A DNA stretch of 64,000 bases from Perna viridis (taxonomy: Eukaryota), in NCBI GenBank assembly GCA_037379345.1, contig CM074521.1, positions 35,922,704-35,986,703 on the forward strand, given 5' to 3'. Within the stretch, counting starts at the first letter, position 1, and each line of letters begins with the position of its first letter. The position numbers and the translations under genes were made by a program. Positions 41,033 to 54,462 of this stretch are shown here, one piece after another. Below the pieces are notes generated by a model that ran no database searches, was not told the origin of the DNA, and worked only from the letters and a program-made list of their open reading frames with translations.

Positions 41033-42667
41033 ATTGGCTCCACCTAAAACCCATACATACATATTTACCCTTTCTATAAGTGACAATCTAGTATAAAAAG
41101 ATATTTTGTAGAAGAGAATCAATCTATTTATGAACAAGAAGTTTTAACAACGTTGCTTATGTACTATAAACCTTTAAGCAAATATTATTTAAATTTCTAT
41201 CGATTTTCTGAGTCAATCTTTTCGTTTATCAAAACCAACCTACGAAGTGACACTTTGTGCAAGTTAATTCACACTTTAATATTATATAGAGGATTCAAAA
41301 TCCTTTGAAAGAATACAGCATCTTGCCAAAATTGAAAATCATAAATCACTCATTGGTGGTCAAAAGGATGAATTTTAAAATAGTTGGAATATGTTCAAGT
41401 TGACTAGACATCAATAAGATACAGTTTGAGTTATTATGAAGTTTTCCCATTTATATTTTAATGAGATATTTTGTTAAGATGGTCCTAAATGAAGCCAAGT
41501 AGAAAACTCTGTCAAAGGATGTTGGTTCCATACATGTCTGTACTGGCTGTAGATTGTTAACTATAGTGGTTTACCAAGGAGATAATTGTCATATTTGACA
41601 TTCAACCAAAGAGACAGTGTACATGTGTTTACAAAAAATATGAGCCAATAATTGCTTACTTATTGATTATGTAACAATTTAAAATATGTAGAAAAAAAAC
41701 TTAGTTTGGGGAACATAATAAAGAGACTCTTTATGCGAAGTTGAATTTCTTCAGTTGACAGCAGTGAGCTTGGTAGACATATTACTAAAATTTGACTAAC
41801 AAAACAGATGGAAACCTGTATCAACCCCCCTTTTTGTTTAGTTTAGACAAGTGCTGGGTTTAATCAGGTAAAAAATATTTTAAAACTGATATGAAGTGTC
41901 TGGTTTAGAAAGGCTTATGGTTTATTCAGGATTCAGACAGGCTTCACTGAACTATACATATGACATGTAACCCAACATTATCATTAAATGCCCCAAAGAC
42001 AAATTACAGAAGTAAGGTTTAAAAAATTCATAAAATTTTGGACACAGTTCGAAAGGCAAGCATTTCATTTTAAAAACCAACAAGCTTGCCACAGAAGGCA
42101 ACTAATTACCCATGGAATTAAAAAATGCAAATTTTTATTCATAAATTCATCATACATGAAATTACTATGAGAATTTATCACATGAAATATTGCTAAAAAA
42201 TATAGAAAAAGAAGTAAAAATGTCCCACTGAGTTGTTTAAACCATGGCCATACAAAATTTCTAAATTAAACAATATAAATGTGACTTAAAAACAGAATTT
42301 CAGTTGCAATAATTATAAATTAATCTGATAGATTTAAGGCTTTACAATAATGGAATGACTTCATACATTGGTGCAATACTAAATAAAACTTGATCTGTGG
42401 AACGCAACATTATCTGCTGTAAAATCTGAAATTAACACAATTTTATTATTGTATGAAAGTACAAATAAATTACAATATCAATAATTAAAACTTAATTTTC
42501 AAATTTAACAATACTTAAGTCGGATTTTCATTCATAATGCAAAGACTGAAATATCACATTTTGATAAAAAAAATATAGAATGGCAATAATTTCCGAATTT
42601 AAAGTATTTTTCTTTAAAGTGTGAAAATATAATTGACTATGAATAAAAGATTGCATATTAAAAATTA

Positions 42668-42839
42668 CAGGGGTTGATCCAGAATTTTGTTGTTTTTTTT
42701 AAGGAGAATTCCAAACCAGAAAAAGGGGAATTATAGGTTATCATATGCTCCTTTTGTCTTGAAATTGAACTGAGTTTCTAAAAATAAAATTCAAACAAGG
42801 GGGGAGCCATTCCTTGAAACCTCCCCTGGATACACTGCT
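42668..42839. mobile_element. Decayed MITE
   Basis: Degenerate inverted ends caggggttgatccag ... ctggatacactgct, with G/C runs internal to the right end. Confidence 0.4.
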
Positions 42840-44434
42840 CCAGTATGTGCAATTCTGAGAGGCAAAGTCAAGAACTGAATTCTACTGCCCTTTTCACCTC
42901 AGAGGTATTGATTTAAAAAAAAATCACTTATTTCAGCCTCATCAAAGAGATTTAAGGGCGAACGTGGAAGAGTAAGTCTACATACTGTAATTTATATCAT
43001 TTCAACATAAAAAGATATGTCACTAATTAATGAGGGTGTGCTCCATGGATGTCTTTATGCACCTTCAGGCATTACACTGTCAACAAATGACATGGTTTAT
43101 TTCAAGGCCAGGGATTTCATTATGGTCAATGTACATGTCTGAAATCAAGATAGAGGTTGGTTAGTGGAAAAAAAACAGTGCGGAGTACTCAGTTATTAAT
43201 ACACCAAATATAAGGAGAGAATATTGTTAAAGATTTACATTGACACCTAAATACAACAGTGAATTCAATTTTACCAACTAAAATTATGTCTGTTAAAAAT
43301 GGAAACCCTTAATTATCCTTATTCATGCATTGAGATCCCTACAAAGACAGGTATCTGAATATCATTTACTGGTAGATATTTAAGGATTCCAAATTTGATT
43401 ATGAACTTCATAATACATGTTTACTTACTGGTAACTACCTAACTTACAAAAATGATAGAATTAAATGAGTAAAAAGGTGTAGATTAGATATAATCAAAAA
43501 TACAGAAAGATGAAAAAAGTTAAAGCTGAAAATTGATGAATTTAATTGCTAGTGAAAGCAAAATAGATATGATTCAACCAATTTAATGAATTTAGTGTCC
43601 TCCCAACTAAGACATGTCTAATTAAAATTCTTAATTCAACACATTTTTTTTCGAAGTTCTGCAGTAAATTTCTTCTCTCACTCTTCCTCACTCAGTATAA
43701 AGATAAATTTATCTCCAGTGAAAAAGTGAGAGTGATTAGACATTATTTTCTGTTTATTGTTTTATTAAACTGTTCTTTAAGTGCAGAATTTTAAATTGCC
43801 CATTAGTGCCTAAATGCATTTCACTTCAGAGGAAAGCTGATGCATTATGACCCACAAAATCTCTATGGTATCCTTGTGACTGTGATAGTAGGTTTTACCC
43901 ATTAATTTTTGTTTAAGTGCAAAAACTTGCACTTTTCACATTTTACAATGCCAGAATCAATGTCACTTTTTTCTGACACTTTAAAATAATCCATTTCCTA
44001 TAATTCTTATATTGAGAGTAAAAGTAAATATTTCTGTAACCTCAAGTGCCATGTTCAGTGCTGAGCCTTATTAAAAATGCTAGATCATGCCCATTACATT
44101 GCTTAGTGTGAAAGATTCCATTCAAGGACCTCTCCAAGTTAAAATTTTACAATACACTTTATAGCCATACGTAAATATTCTTTTGAGTTCATTAATACTG
44201 GCTCAATATAACTGAAACAGTTTAAGTTTTTTAATTACATGTTTGAACAAGACCCCGAATTTTTTATCGAAGCATGCTAGAACTTTATTTTGCATTTCAT
44301 TTATCATGGTTCAGTGATACTGTAAGCAGACGAACTGTCTTTTTCATTCACTACAAGAATAGCACAGAATGTTAAATAAAGAGATTCTGTTTGATACAAA
44401 ATGGTCCATTTTAGCTAGAGAGTTTCTGTGATCT

Positions 44435-44725
44435 GTCATGATCCAAGGTCACGACCACCATGAGTACAATAAATCCATGAAGACCATGAGTACCCATGGA
44501 TCCATGAACACCTTGAATACCCACAGGCCAAGGCCACCTTGAGTACCATGGATAAACTACCATCATAAGTACCATGGATCCACAAAGACCATGAGTACCC
44601 ATGGATCCATGACCACAGATCTAAAACCATCTTGAGTACCACAGATCCACAACCACCATGAGTACCCACAGATCTACAACCACAATGAGTACCCACAGAT
44701 CTATGATCATGTGACCATGAGTATC
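44435..44725. repeat. Degenerate minisatellite built from about 9-bp subunits (27-30 bp period)
   Basis: Recurrent ccatgagtacccatggatccat / accacagatc motifs. Confidence 0.85.
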
Positions 44726-47700
44726 CAAGAAGGCAAGTTGAATTCTTTCCAATCATAAGCCAAAGAAAAGGTGCACAGTTTTATTATTAGTACTTCCTTT
44801 TCCAGGAGGAGAAACTGCGTTTGCTGCCCTACCAACAAGTCTAAGCAATGATGTTTTTCCTCCAAAATTAACTTTTCAGATTAATGCAATTATCCTTGAG
44901 TTATCTCCCATGGTTTGACAATTAAAAGCTCTTTGAGAAAAGAACCACACACAGTTATAGCTCATTAATGATGTAGGTAACTTTTATTCTGCTATTCATG
45001 ATTTTCAAAAAGATGCTTCATTAGGAAATAAAACTCATATTAACTGCATTGGTGAATGATGATTTAAATACAATAAAACATTTCTCTTAACAGAAATCAA
45101 TGTTACATTTCTTCAACAAGACTTTAAAATATCTTTGGTGATGCCAAATCTGGTTAAAACTTTCTGAAAGTTTTCATTGAGATTGCTGAATGCCATATCA
45201 ACAAAGGTAGATCTTATTTGAACTGATCCTATTTCCATGTCAACAGAGGTCAGACCTTTTACTTACAAAACTACTGGTACTAATAAAGTACAGTAAGTAA
45301 ACAATAGTATAGCTCTAACTGAAGCCAAGAACTGCATCCTGCTCTAATATCAACATTTTTAGGACTATATTCTTTATAACCTTTTTGCCCTTAAGAAGTC
45401 ATAACTGCAAAAAATAACCTTTCATGTAACTTCTCTTAAAGAAATAAAACTAACAAAATCAGAGCAATACATCACAGATTATACCAGCTTAACTCAATCT
45501 TCAACAAAAGTTTACAATCTTCTACGCTTACGTGTCAACTTAAATCCATCTCCGGCTCCTTGAGGGATTAAAACCATCATCCCTATTTCTACTGAAGACG
45601 TAGAATTTGCATTCATAATTCATAACCTAAGAATTCATTGTAATGTTTTAACCTATTTTCGACTCTTTTTTTCTATTAAATTAAAGGAAATTGAGCATAT
45701 TCTAGGAATACTTGAGTTACACATGGACCAATGCCCTTTATAGGAGATTATATTATAGATCTTCACTTAATGCACTATACCATATGCTTGAGATGAGTTT
45801 TCAGGGCCATTATTGGTTATAGCTAGTACTGTTACCCAAGGGAACCAGAACAGATATTTCTACATGAGCTGATCCACAATAGGATAATGATGACATCTTT
45901 ATTCAAGTTCCTTTTCCTGTTGATGTTTTCTACATTTGAAGTATTTCGTATTCCATTTACCACATCAAGCGAGTAACCAGCTTCCTTAACTTATACTACC
46001 AACCTAATGAGGCGACTAAATCACGTTGATTTTAGCAAATTATTTAATGTGGTGAATAATTAGACAAAATGGAAAGGACTTGACTCCTCTGTGTAATAGT
46101 ACTAAACAGTTTTACACTAAGGTCCTCATGTTCAATGAATAAAAAACTTGTAATTACCAGTAGGTGAATTCTTTTCAAAATGATTTTTGATGGGAGACTT
46201 CATCATGGCCAGTTTATCCTGTATGACTGACGCCATGATAAAGAAACTAGCTCTTTGAGCAAGTCCACTGTTAAGCAAACTTTCTACCTACTTTTTTTTT
46301 TTTTAAATCATGCATTTTTGTTTTTATTCTCCAAAATAAAAAGTCACAAATCCCCTGTCCCTTTTCTTCATGAGGAAAAATCACCATTCAAGAATCCCTC
46401 CTCCCTAATGGTGTCACAGAAGAGGTCCATACATAATTGATAAACCAGTGGAAACACACAGAACAATTTACCTGACTCTCAATAGGCAGTTTCTGTACAG
46501 CAGGAATATTCATGGCAAGTTTATTGGGAATCTGTCAAGAAATATAGCTTGATACAGTACAGATTAAAGGTACATATAGAGGATGAAAAGAAGGTCTAAT
46601 AAAGTTCTTCAAAATCGAAGTCTGTTGCATATTCTAAAATAAATAAGACCACTTGGATTTCCTTTGTTTTCATAGTCACAATCACTGGACTAAAATGTCA
46701 TACATGTAGCCAGTGATATGATCTAGACAATAATCAGTATGTGGTACCCCTTTTGGACTTGAAGTTTTAATCCATGACTTGACCTCAATCAACAGACTTG
46801 GATTGTGAACCTGATTTCACCCCCTGTGATTAATTTCTCAATTAAGAATTCTATACAATAATATGTTAATTATATAGATAATAGTATTATATGTTTTAAT
46901 TATAAGAATGAACTACATGCTGAATATCTAATGAAATGTTAAAACTCTGTGTAATGGATTGATATATAACAGTTGTATGTTTGTACATCATAGAGTACAT
47001 TGTTCTGTAGCATGATACATTGATGTGTTTTTCTCTGTAAGTTTTTAAGTAAAGAATAGATAACTAGGGTTGAGTGCATTTGCATGGAATCAGTTAAAAA
47101 TAGCCTTTAATAAGAAATAGCTGTGAAAATAAAACAAATTGGTTGCACTTGACATTTATTGTTAGAACAGTAGTAACAGCTTGTATGGCATGGAATATTT
47201 TACTCCTAAATCTTATTTTCTGAAAAACTGGCTTTATTTGGGGATATCAATAACAAAGATCTTTCTTAATAGTCAGATGACCTGGCATGGCAGATCGTGT
47301 GTCAGAGCGTAATGCAAATTACATAACCAGTTCAATTTTCATAAATATTAGGAGAAAATTTGCAAATAATTAGATTTTTTCTACAAGTTAATCACCAAGG
47401 CTGGATGCAGAATTTAGGCAATTAATCTTACTTAGATAAACAACCACCACCTTGGGTGAAATTCATTTGCATGTATTAAATAATTCTATGTGTATTTAAC
47501 AAAGGAAATCCCTTGAGGATCAGAGCACTATCAAAAGGATAATTTTTGTCAAAAGTATCAGCCAAATAAAGACCAATGTTACCCTAGGGTTATTAACATG
47601 TGAACATCCTATAGTAGAATATATGATAATATCCCTATCTTGACAATATTTTTGTATGTTTTCAATGGCAGGCTGTTTAGTTTCTATCTTGTTATCTCTC

Positions 47701-48950
47701 AAAATACCAAAATTAAGTCACTAAATTATGGTATCCATCGCAATAATGACTTAATCTCCCCCCCTTTTTCTGAAAATTGAAGCTACAGCAAAGTTAAAAA
47801 TTCTCAAATACAGACTTTGTTCTCTTCTATAGTTGATTTAGGACAGACATGATGCACATTATTTTCACAAAGTTGAACCTAAGGGGTTGTTGAAATATGT
47901 TTAATGGAGAAAAAAAACAGAGTTTTATGCTACTTAATTTGGTACTGGGTATTTTAACTTCCTAAAATAGAAATAGCACTAATGGTCTGGATTCTAATAT
48001 AGTGGTCTCGATCACTTGGTAACGTAAGTGTTTAAAATTAGCCTCCTAATGAAAAAAAATGTATTTCACAGAAACCCAATCTACCATTAAATAGTTCAAT
48101 TTGTATTCAACAGTGTTTTTTCATTTAGGTTGAAAATGCTCATTGTTCCATTTAAAAACACAATTAAAATATCAGAACTGAATTGATTTTATAAATTCTA
48201 CACAGGGGTAAATATTTTGTAATGGCTTTATGTTTGAAATTTACAAAGGAAGGGGGAGGGTGTAGTGTATGTTAAAGATAACCCTAATTCCCAAAAGTGT
48301 GAAAGGTGGGGTTTAAATACTATCAGTTAATGAACACATATTAATTAGTCCTCCACCTGTTAGGTCATGATAAAATCTTGTGACCTCTGCTACAGTTCAT
48401 ATACTACAGAACAGGTGAAATAATTTGGTAATTAAGGAAGAGAGATGACCTTTAAACCCTTATTTGTCAACCCAAGGTCTGAAAGTAGCATTTAAACATT
48501 AAAATTCAGTAAAAGTTGTGGCAAAGGTAAATAAAGGAATTAAACTTGTGATAGCTATCATTTTAATGGTAAATCATTTATCATTGTCTTGTCCATGTAA
48601 TGTTTGTACTCTATGTCAGATCAACAAGGATATCAAATTCTATTTTTACCAAACACTGATTTTTAAAATGATGGATTTCTTTCAAAACTTATCACAAGGT
48701 AAACCTAATAACTGTAAAATTATGCATAAAAATTTCGCACAAACAAGATAAGCTAAGCAAGTATTTAAGAGTAATTTAGATGATAATTATTCTTATTTTT
48801 TATACAAATTTACCTTAAATCAACTTACAATAGTTAAATCCTGTTCTATCCCTTCTTTTTTTACTTTGACACACCTGCAACTGTAAGGGGTACCTGAGGT
48901 AAAGCTAATGTTTGTTGTTTTTGCTATCATCAAATTACGTAGTGACCTAC

Positions 48951-49019
48951 CTGAGAATATGGATGAAAACGGTTTGCTTGGTTTGCCTCGTTCAAAATTC
49001 TCAAAACTCGTACTTCCAT
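48951..49019 (-). CDS. shep: Candidate alternative first coding exon, MEVRVLRILNEANQANRFHPYSQ
   Basis: ATG in good context (ACAATGG), 23 open codons, phase-0 donor CAG|gtaggt compatible with the 15965 acceptor, in-frame stop further upstream, local CpG enrichment. Confidence 0.65.
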
Positions 49020-49900
49020 TGTCGTATAACTTCCATATATATTAGAAATGTTGTCTTCTTCACAACTCAAAATGTAGCGTACATAATAAAACAGTGTATG
49101 TTTACAGAAATCCAGAAGTTAGAACACCGTTTTATAATCTCAGGTTTTCAAATATTAATCACTGTCCTGTTTGAGACATTCTATCTCTCGATAGTTTCCG
49201 TTTAAAAGGTGAAAAGACTTGTGGACCGTTTCACTGTCATTTAATTTCGTATAAGATTTTTATCAACTTTGAGGTTTAGTTTATTCTTATTCTGATCCGC
49301 ATGACGAATCACGTCCCTTCAGAACGCATCAGAAACATTTAATCCAGAAATGTTTTTATCCCTCAAGCCAAAATGGAAAATCTTTTTGTCACGCTGTCTT
49401 GTGAACAATGAAGTGGCCTTAAACTGGTTGTATTCAATCTCTTTTTCCAATCAAAATTCCTCGTAGTATTACCATTGGACAGTCAACAAAGGGATATGTC
49501 CAGAAAAGGGTATTACAGCACTAATTGCTATCTGTATAAAGTGTACGATAGACTGTGGACAGAAAAATCTTTTGTCGAGGAAAGGGTCAAGGTATTGATT
49601 CTGATCCTCAAATCATTCTCAAGTATTGTTCTTTCATCACATTCAGTTTATTACCTATGATTAAATGAAGCCTCTAATGTTTTAATTTAATTATGTATCG
49701 GCAAATTTAATTGGTTAGTTAATGCAACTTCGATCAGGTATAAAGCCCAAATTCATCAATATTTTGTCACATACAGCTTCTCCCTTTATCAAATTAACGG
49801 AGCGCTTATCTTCAATAGAATAATATTTAATTACCCGACACAAATGTATTGACGAACTCTGATTGTCAACTAACATTGAATATTAAGATCAAGTCATGTA
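49020..49900 (-). promoter_or_regulatory. Putative 5'UTR/promoter of the 49-kb first exon
   Basis: About 16 CpGs in 48930-49400, with more up to about 49910, against a CpG-poor background. CCAAT near 49447. No clear splice acceptor upstream of the ATG. Confidence 0.5.
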
Positions 49901-52900
49901 TTGACGGTTTTAATGGACTGCCTTTATAAAATTTCATGAAATAAATAAAACAGTCAAATTTCAATAATTTATCAATTATTTATGTAAATTAACACTTTCT
50001 ATTATTTTGCTCAATACTTTATTATGAATACAAGGTTAAAAATAATGGATGGAATATCCAAAATACTCTTGATCAATTTTTTTCTTTCATTTGGTTTTAA
50101 ATTTTCAATTTTATGGTCCTCACCTAAAAAGAATATCTTATTTCATTTCAACAATGCAGAGACTGCCAGGTATTTGATACTCCATTTAAACCAGAAAATA
50201 CTAAATCCTATTATTTAAAATAAACATTGATTTTTAAAAATCCAAATTTTTTTACCCTGAAGGGACAATGTAATACAAACCACAATAATTAAAAACAAAC
50301 TAAACCCAAGGAACCATAAAAAAAGTCATCAAATCTAATTAACAGGAAAAACAAAAAGCAAGTAAAAAGTAAGTCAGTCCAATTTCTACTTAAGGATGAG
50401 TGCATACAGGGTAGAAAATTAAAAAAAAAATACTAAGTATTGGAGAGAAATGGGAGAATGATTAGATGTAATAGGACAATATCCAAACGAATGCAATCTA
50501 CTAATTGATTATTTATTGATCTCTATGGAAAAAATAATACAATACCAATTATTTGCTAATTGGGAAATAAAAATGAAGATAAAAATGAGACAAAATCTGA
50601 TCATTTCAGAGGGCTTTGTCAGGAGATGAATACCATCTCAAAAGAAAAGTTGATGCCCTAATATCTACTTAAACCCTAAAGTTCTAACAGAGCGATCAGT
50701 GCCAGATTTAGTTTTCATCCTCTTAACATGCTACTGATACTAAGTTGAACTTTGCTCCAACATTTCAAATCAACAAGAAGCTTTATATATTGCTTGTATG
50801 AATGGAATTAGATATGTTTTCAAAGTTTATACAATTCTGACTTGTTTTATTCAAGAAAAGATCAAGAAAATAAAGAATGTGCACAATCTACAAGAAACCT
50901 CCCTTTTTCCATACAACTTGAACAGGAATGTTTTTGATGTATTTTTTTTTAAATATAGTTCCACTAAAATCATAAAGAATTATGGATACATGACGAATAT
51001 TACTACATTAAATTCAAAAGATACAACAAGTAAATTTGGAACATTGGTCAAAAGCATTCTGACAGTTTCCTTTTGTTTTGTTATCTAGAGATACTTGACT
51101 TCCAAATTGGAACAATAATCTTTATGGGGCTTACATGGAAATATAGGTCCTGTCATTTTTCTTCCGTGCCAGCCTACTTTTGTGAAATCTAAACAATAAA
51201 ATATTACGACAAAAAGAATTCCTTGTTTTTTTCTTTTGATCTGAACTGCTTTATATCAGGAAAATTAGGATCCTAATTCAAATTTTATCCTATGCCCCTC
51301 CCATGATCTCTAATAATTGTATTATGCTGGGTATGTTTGATGCAATCTGTTTACTGACTCTGTAACCTTTCACCATGATAAATATTCAACACCACCTTAT
51401 GTGGTAAAAATATCATAAAGGATCTTGTCTCATCAACTGATTTCAACATCATATAATTCAGGATAAGTGTTAAAAATATCACCTTGGCTCGCAGCTAACT
51501 CATAAGTAATGCATCAACATAAAGGAAAGCGTTGCGCCTTACAGAATCTTTTTCTTTGATCCTCTCGTCCAATTATAGCTAAAGGTAGAATCAGCCTTTG
51601 TTTTTATCCAATTTGAGTTAATGAGATGTTTGCGTGAAAAGGAATATTTTTTTTTACATGTTTATTTTATATTGTGTGATTCATTAATTAATAGAATAAA
51701 AAGTATGAAATCTACTTATAGGGATGGAAATGTGTTGTCCAATATCCTGCTCGTCGATTGATTAATCACGACTTTTTCTAATCACAGAAATGAGTAACAA
51801 ATCTAGGTAAAGATAAGTCATTAACAAAATGGCACAAGGGGAAATCTTAGTTGTTCATTATTAGAAAAAGACAAAACCAAAGACTGTCTCATAAATCAGG
51901 TGAAAGAGAAATAGTGATCATTTACTAAATTCAACCCTATGAAACGAGCTAATATTCTATCTAGAAGACCTGTCAAACCATTAACTTCATAATCCCTTTC
52001 TGTATCCAAATTTTGTTTGACTCCAGAGGAACATTATATACTAAACCACTGATATTTGGATTAGAATAAGCATCTTGACTAATTCAAGTATTTTACATTA
52101 AAACACTGGAAAAATACTTGGAAAGTAAATCGTATAGATTAGTTATTTAGCATTGTACTGTAAAAATAATCTGATGCACATTTTTATACATTTATTGGGG
52201 AAATATTTGGGACAATTTTTGTGAATCTCTTGATTTCTCAGTGATGTGTATATGCCAAACCTTTGTGTTTAACATTGCCATAAACACTACCATGGACACC
52301 AGAAATGCTTCATAAAAAACCCAATAAATATCTTCATTGTATGATATGGTTAATCCATTAGTACCCTACAATCACTGACAACACTGACTGTTGTATCAAA
52401 CCAAAACAATATTGTTCTGCATAATTTGTCTTTAATTATGATCACAGACACTAGCTATTTCCTCACAACTGTCAGTAATTAACCATCTTTCTATTTTAAG
52501 AAAGGGAAAATGTGATTTGTCTGATCTTTTAAGCTGTCAATTGTGGACACCTTAAATGTACAGCACTGCCTAATACAAACAACCTATGTACGAGATATTT
52601 AAAGTTAAAGCACATTTCAAATAGCCTGTTCTGTATTAAACAAGTCAACATTAATATGTGTAAAGATGTACAGATTACTGTTTCTACTTCCAAAAAATAC
52701 ATTTGACTAGGTATGAATTCATAGTCATAGAAAACTATCCCTAACCAACTAACCGACATTTTATCTTGAAGTTCATCAAGGCAGCAATCACAACAGTTAT
52801 GATTGTATAATTGACAATTACCTATCTGTATCATCTAATTGTCTATTTACCAATACATAAATTCCTAATCATTTACTGACTGACCATAGGATTATGACCA

Positions 52901-54247
52901 GTCCATTAAGCAATACACAATACTTTTATTGGTGTATTGGATTGCTTTTGCCAAGTCAATTTGTTAACTACATAAGGCAAAAATAGATAGTTTTGTCGCT
53001 TTTTTTTACATTTCTTTCCTTTTGAAAAAAAATGAATACAGCGGAGATAATCCTTGATAGGCCAAGTTATATTCAATAATTGTTTCATTGTTTCCTACAG
53101 TAAATAAATTACTCCAATGACTGGTTTTAGTGCATGATAATATAATTATTGATAATAAACTTGCTGAAACAATAAAATAAATATAACCTTCAGTAAAGGA
53201 CTGGCTTCTGAAGACAGAGGGATGAATGAATACAGTTACTGAAATCAGTACAGACCTCACATGAAAACAGCTGTAGCATATGTAGAAATACCAATCATAT
53301 ATATACAAGAAATGTTTTTGTGACATTTAAAAGATGTCAGAGCTAAAAAAATTTAAAAATTAAAAATGTTTCCTGCTAGTTTAATGCCACAAGGCCAAAC
53401 ATGTGCCTATCCTGCACTATATCAGTAAAACTGATTCACAGTAATGGAGCACACAAGCTAATAAAACTTTTGTCCATTAAATGTATGCATACCTCAACAC
53501 AATATAGGATCTTCAGTATCTTATCTTAGATATTTTATTTCAAATTTATGGCTATAAAAAGTTTTTTGCACACATCATTAATTTTCAAGTCTACAGTAAA
53601 ATTAGTTGAAAGTGAATCTCCTCAAAAAAAGATGCAGTGTGCATTGTGTCTAATGTAAATTTTAAAAAAAGCCATGATAAACTTTCCATTATGTTTGAGA
53701 AATGGAAATTTCATTTTTTTTATAGTTCAAAAGAATGCACCAAACCCCAGAATGAAGGCCAATCATTCTTCAAAGGAAAGTGTGCAATAAGAAATCATAT
53801 ATTGTAAAATATTAGAAAAAATCGAGTACAACACATTATTCCTTTCTTAACAGAATTCCTTGATGAAGACCTCAGTATTAGTACATTGTATTGGCACTAA
53901 AAAAGATATTTAATTTTAAAACAAGACTTGGCAGTCATACCATACCTCCTATTTTCATATGTATGATACTCAAACACCAGGAACGTATGCTAGACACAAT
54001 GAATATTTCATAGAGCACAAAATTTTCCATTTCTGTGTTCAAGAATGGAACATAGATAAGACCAAATGATTTATGATTAATATTGTACTGTAATGTAACA
54101 AAGATTGCCACAGTCAAGGAAAACTATTAAAAGAACGATCACCAAAACCTAAATGTCAAGTACATTCAGAATGATAAATGAGCAACTCCAACAGTACACT
54201 TAGAACATATGACTAGATGCACCAGTAGGGTTAGAAGTTTTATTTTT

Positions 54248-54462
54248 ATGAGCAGGTCAGCAGGTATTTCTAGAACAGCAGAGGACATGTAATGGGCAGA
54301 TCAGCAGGTATTTCTAGAACAGCAGAGGACATGTAATGAGCAGGTCAGCAGGTATTTCTAGAACAGCAGAGGACATGTAATGGGCAGATCAGCAGGTATT
54401 TCTAGAACAGCAGAGGACATGTAATGAGCAGATCAGCAGGTATTTCTAGAAAAGCAGAGGAC
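54248..54462. repeat. 44-bp tandem repeat, about 4.9 units
   Basis: atgagcaggtcagcaggtatttctagaacagcagaggacatgta; units start at 54248, 54292, 54336, 54380 and 54424. Confidence 0.95.

Noticed and set aside
41803-41950. Possible Tc1/mariner-type MITE remnant (gaaacctgt...acaggcttcactg)
   Set aside because: Ends are too decayed to define inverted repeats or a target-site duplication.
44411-44756. Gly/His/Trp-rich ORFs
   Set aside because: By-products of a degenerate minisatellite open in more than one frame; no splice support.
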